64,000 nt of DNA from Octopus vulgaris (taxonomy: Eukaryota), in contig OX597827.1 of assembly GCA_951406725.2 (NCBI GenBank), positions 18,228,001-18,292,000 on the forward strand. Reading direction: 5' to 3'. Each line of letters starts with the position of its first letter. Position 1 is the first letter of the stretch. Under the pieces are notes generated by a model that was not told the DNA's origin, did not search any database, and was given only the letters and a program-made list of their open reading frames with translations. Made by a program: the position numbers and the translations under genes. Shown here one piece after another: positions 62,260 through 64,000 of this stretch.

Positions 62260-62740
62260 TGGTGGTGATGGCGGCCTTGACGGCGATGACGGTGGTGGTG
62301 GTGGTAGTGGTGATGGTGGCGGTGATAGTGGAGGTCATTGTGATCATATTCGTGGTGGTGGTGGTGGTGGTGATGGTGGAGGTGATAGTAGTGGTCATTG
62401 TGATCATATTGTGGTGGTAGTAGGGGTAGTGGTCATCTTGGTCATCTTCGTGGTGGTGGTAATGCTGATGGTGGTGGCGATGATAGTGGTCATTGTGATC
62501 ATATTCGTGGTGGTGGTGGTGGTGACGGTGATCTTGGTCATCTTTGTGGTGATGGTAGCGGTGATAGTAGTGGTCGTTTTGATCATATTCGTGGTGGTGG
62601 TGGTGGTGGTGGTGGTCATCTTGGTCATCTTGGTGGTGGTAGTGGTGATGGTGGCGGTGATAGTAGTGGTCATTGTGATCATATTCGTGGTGGTGGTGGT
62701 GGTGGTGGTGGTGGTGGTGGTGGTGGTGGTGTCAGTGGTG
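62260..62740. repeat. GGT-based minisatellite with recurring GTCATTGTGATCATATTC and GTCATCTTG motifs
   Basis: Seen directly; unit length variable. Confidence 0.88.
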
Positions 62741-63049
62741 ATGTGTTGAAGATGGAGGAAATGAGTTCATAGATGGCGGATACATCTCTCTCTCGATCAG
62801 CCGGCTTATTTCTAGAGACTTATTGGGTGTTAAGATGGATGAAATAGACGTGAAGATGATGAGCACAAATGAAAAACTACAGGCTGATAATGAGCATGCG
62901 CATGGGTATATAACGGGTGGACATGTGGTGGGGGTAGCGGGGTGGAGGTGACGGAACTCTTGGGAAAGATCAGGTTGGTAGACTTGGTAGACTTGGTTTG
63001 AATTTTATGCAATTCGATAAACTTGACTAAATAGAAAGGAATACTGTGG

Positions 63050-63070
63050 AAGCACACAGACACACACGTT

Positions 63071-63101
<31 letters not shown>

Positions 63102-63218
63102 AAATGCATGCACGCACACAAATAAACACACAGATGTACACACAGATAGATACACAGAGATACACAAACATACATAAGCACATAAATACATATACATACA
63201 TATATTTATATATACATA

Positions 63219-63269
<51 letters not shown>

Positions 63270-63298
63270 ATGTGTGTGTGTCTGTGTGTGTGTCTGTG

Positions 63299-63331
<33 letters not shown>

Positions 63332-63644
63332 ATTCATATATATAAATATACATACATATATATACATATATACATATCTGCATATACGCATGTGTTTATA
63401 TATGTGTGCATATGTGAATGCATATATATGTGTGCATATGTGAATGCATATATATATATATATGTATATATGTATATATATATATATATATACATATGTA
63501 TATATATACATATGTATGTATATATATATGTAAGTATATATATGTGTATGTATGTATATATACATACACACACACACACACACACATATATATATGCATG
63601 TACATGGAAACCTAGCTTATGCAGATATGTAAATAATGAACATA

Positions 63645-63684
<40 letters not shown>

Positions 63685-63900
63685 ATATAACACTCTCTTT
63701 CTCTCTTTAAATATATATATGTATATATATACATATATACATAATATATATATATATATATATACATATATACATAACTATATATATATATATATACATA
63801 TAGGTATATATATGTATGTATATATATATACATATATACACACATATATATATACATATATATATATACGTGTTTGTATACATATTCATGTATATTCAGA
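63050..63900. repeat. CA/TA/TG compound microsatellite block
   Basis: Seen directly. Confidence 0.92.
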
Positions 63901-64000
63901 TGCATTGAGAATTATCTAACATTGATATTATGTAAATTTGAATACAACATATACGTGTGTGTATATGTGTTTGGGCGTGTGTGTGTGTGCGTGCACGCGT

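Overview
This is AT-rich, microsatellite-saturated animal DNA, almost entirely made of repeats. The SINE/LINE/microsatellite mix suggests a coleoid cephalopod, probably Octopus (inference). No host protein-coding gene can be called. Most ORFs in the track are translations of simple repeats. The main feature is an apparently intact, full-length Tx1/L1-clade non-LTR retrotransposon (288-6150) inserted in a (TTA)n microsatellite. It has ORF1 with a CCHC knuckle and ORF2 with APE-RT-zinc finger. The rest of the window holds CR1, RTE, Penelope-like, R4/Dong-like and mariner relics, several tRNA-derived SINE families, MITEs, non-autonomous Helitrons, foldback repeats and two candidate host promoter/first-exon islands. 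The most interesting observations are five. (1) One SINE family (SINE-B, my label) shares its 3' end with the Tx1 LINE. (2) SINE-B builds ~184-bp tandem arrays whose junction always falls in the loop of a hairpin in its own tRNA-like head. (3) Many hammerhead-ribozyme motifs occur, several with covarying stems. (4) A ~560-bp element is found only between (TAA)n tracts, once next to an R4/Dong endonuclease relic. (5) One SINE copy appears to be a local 3' transduction with a TSD. Repeat boundaries were read by eye and are approximate.
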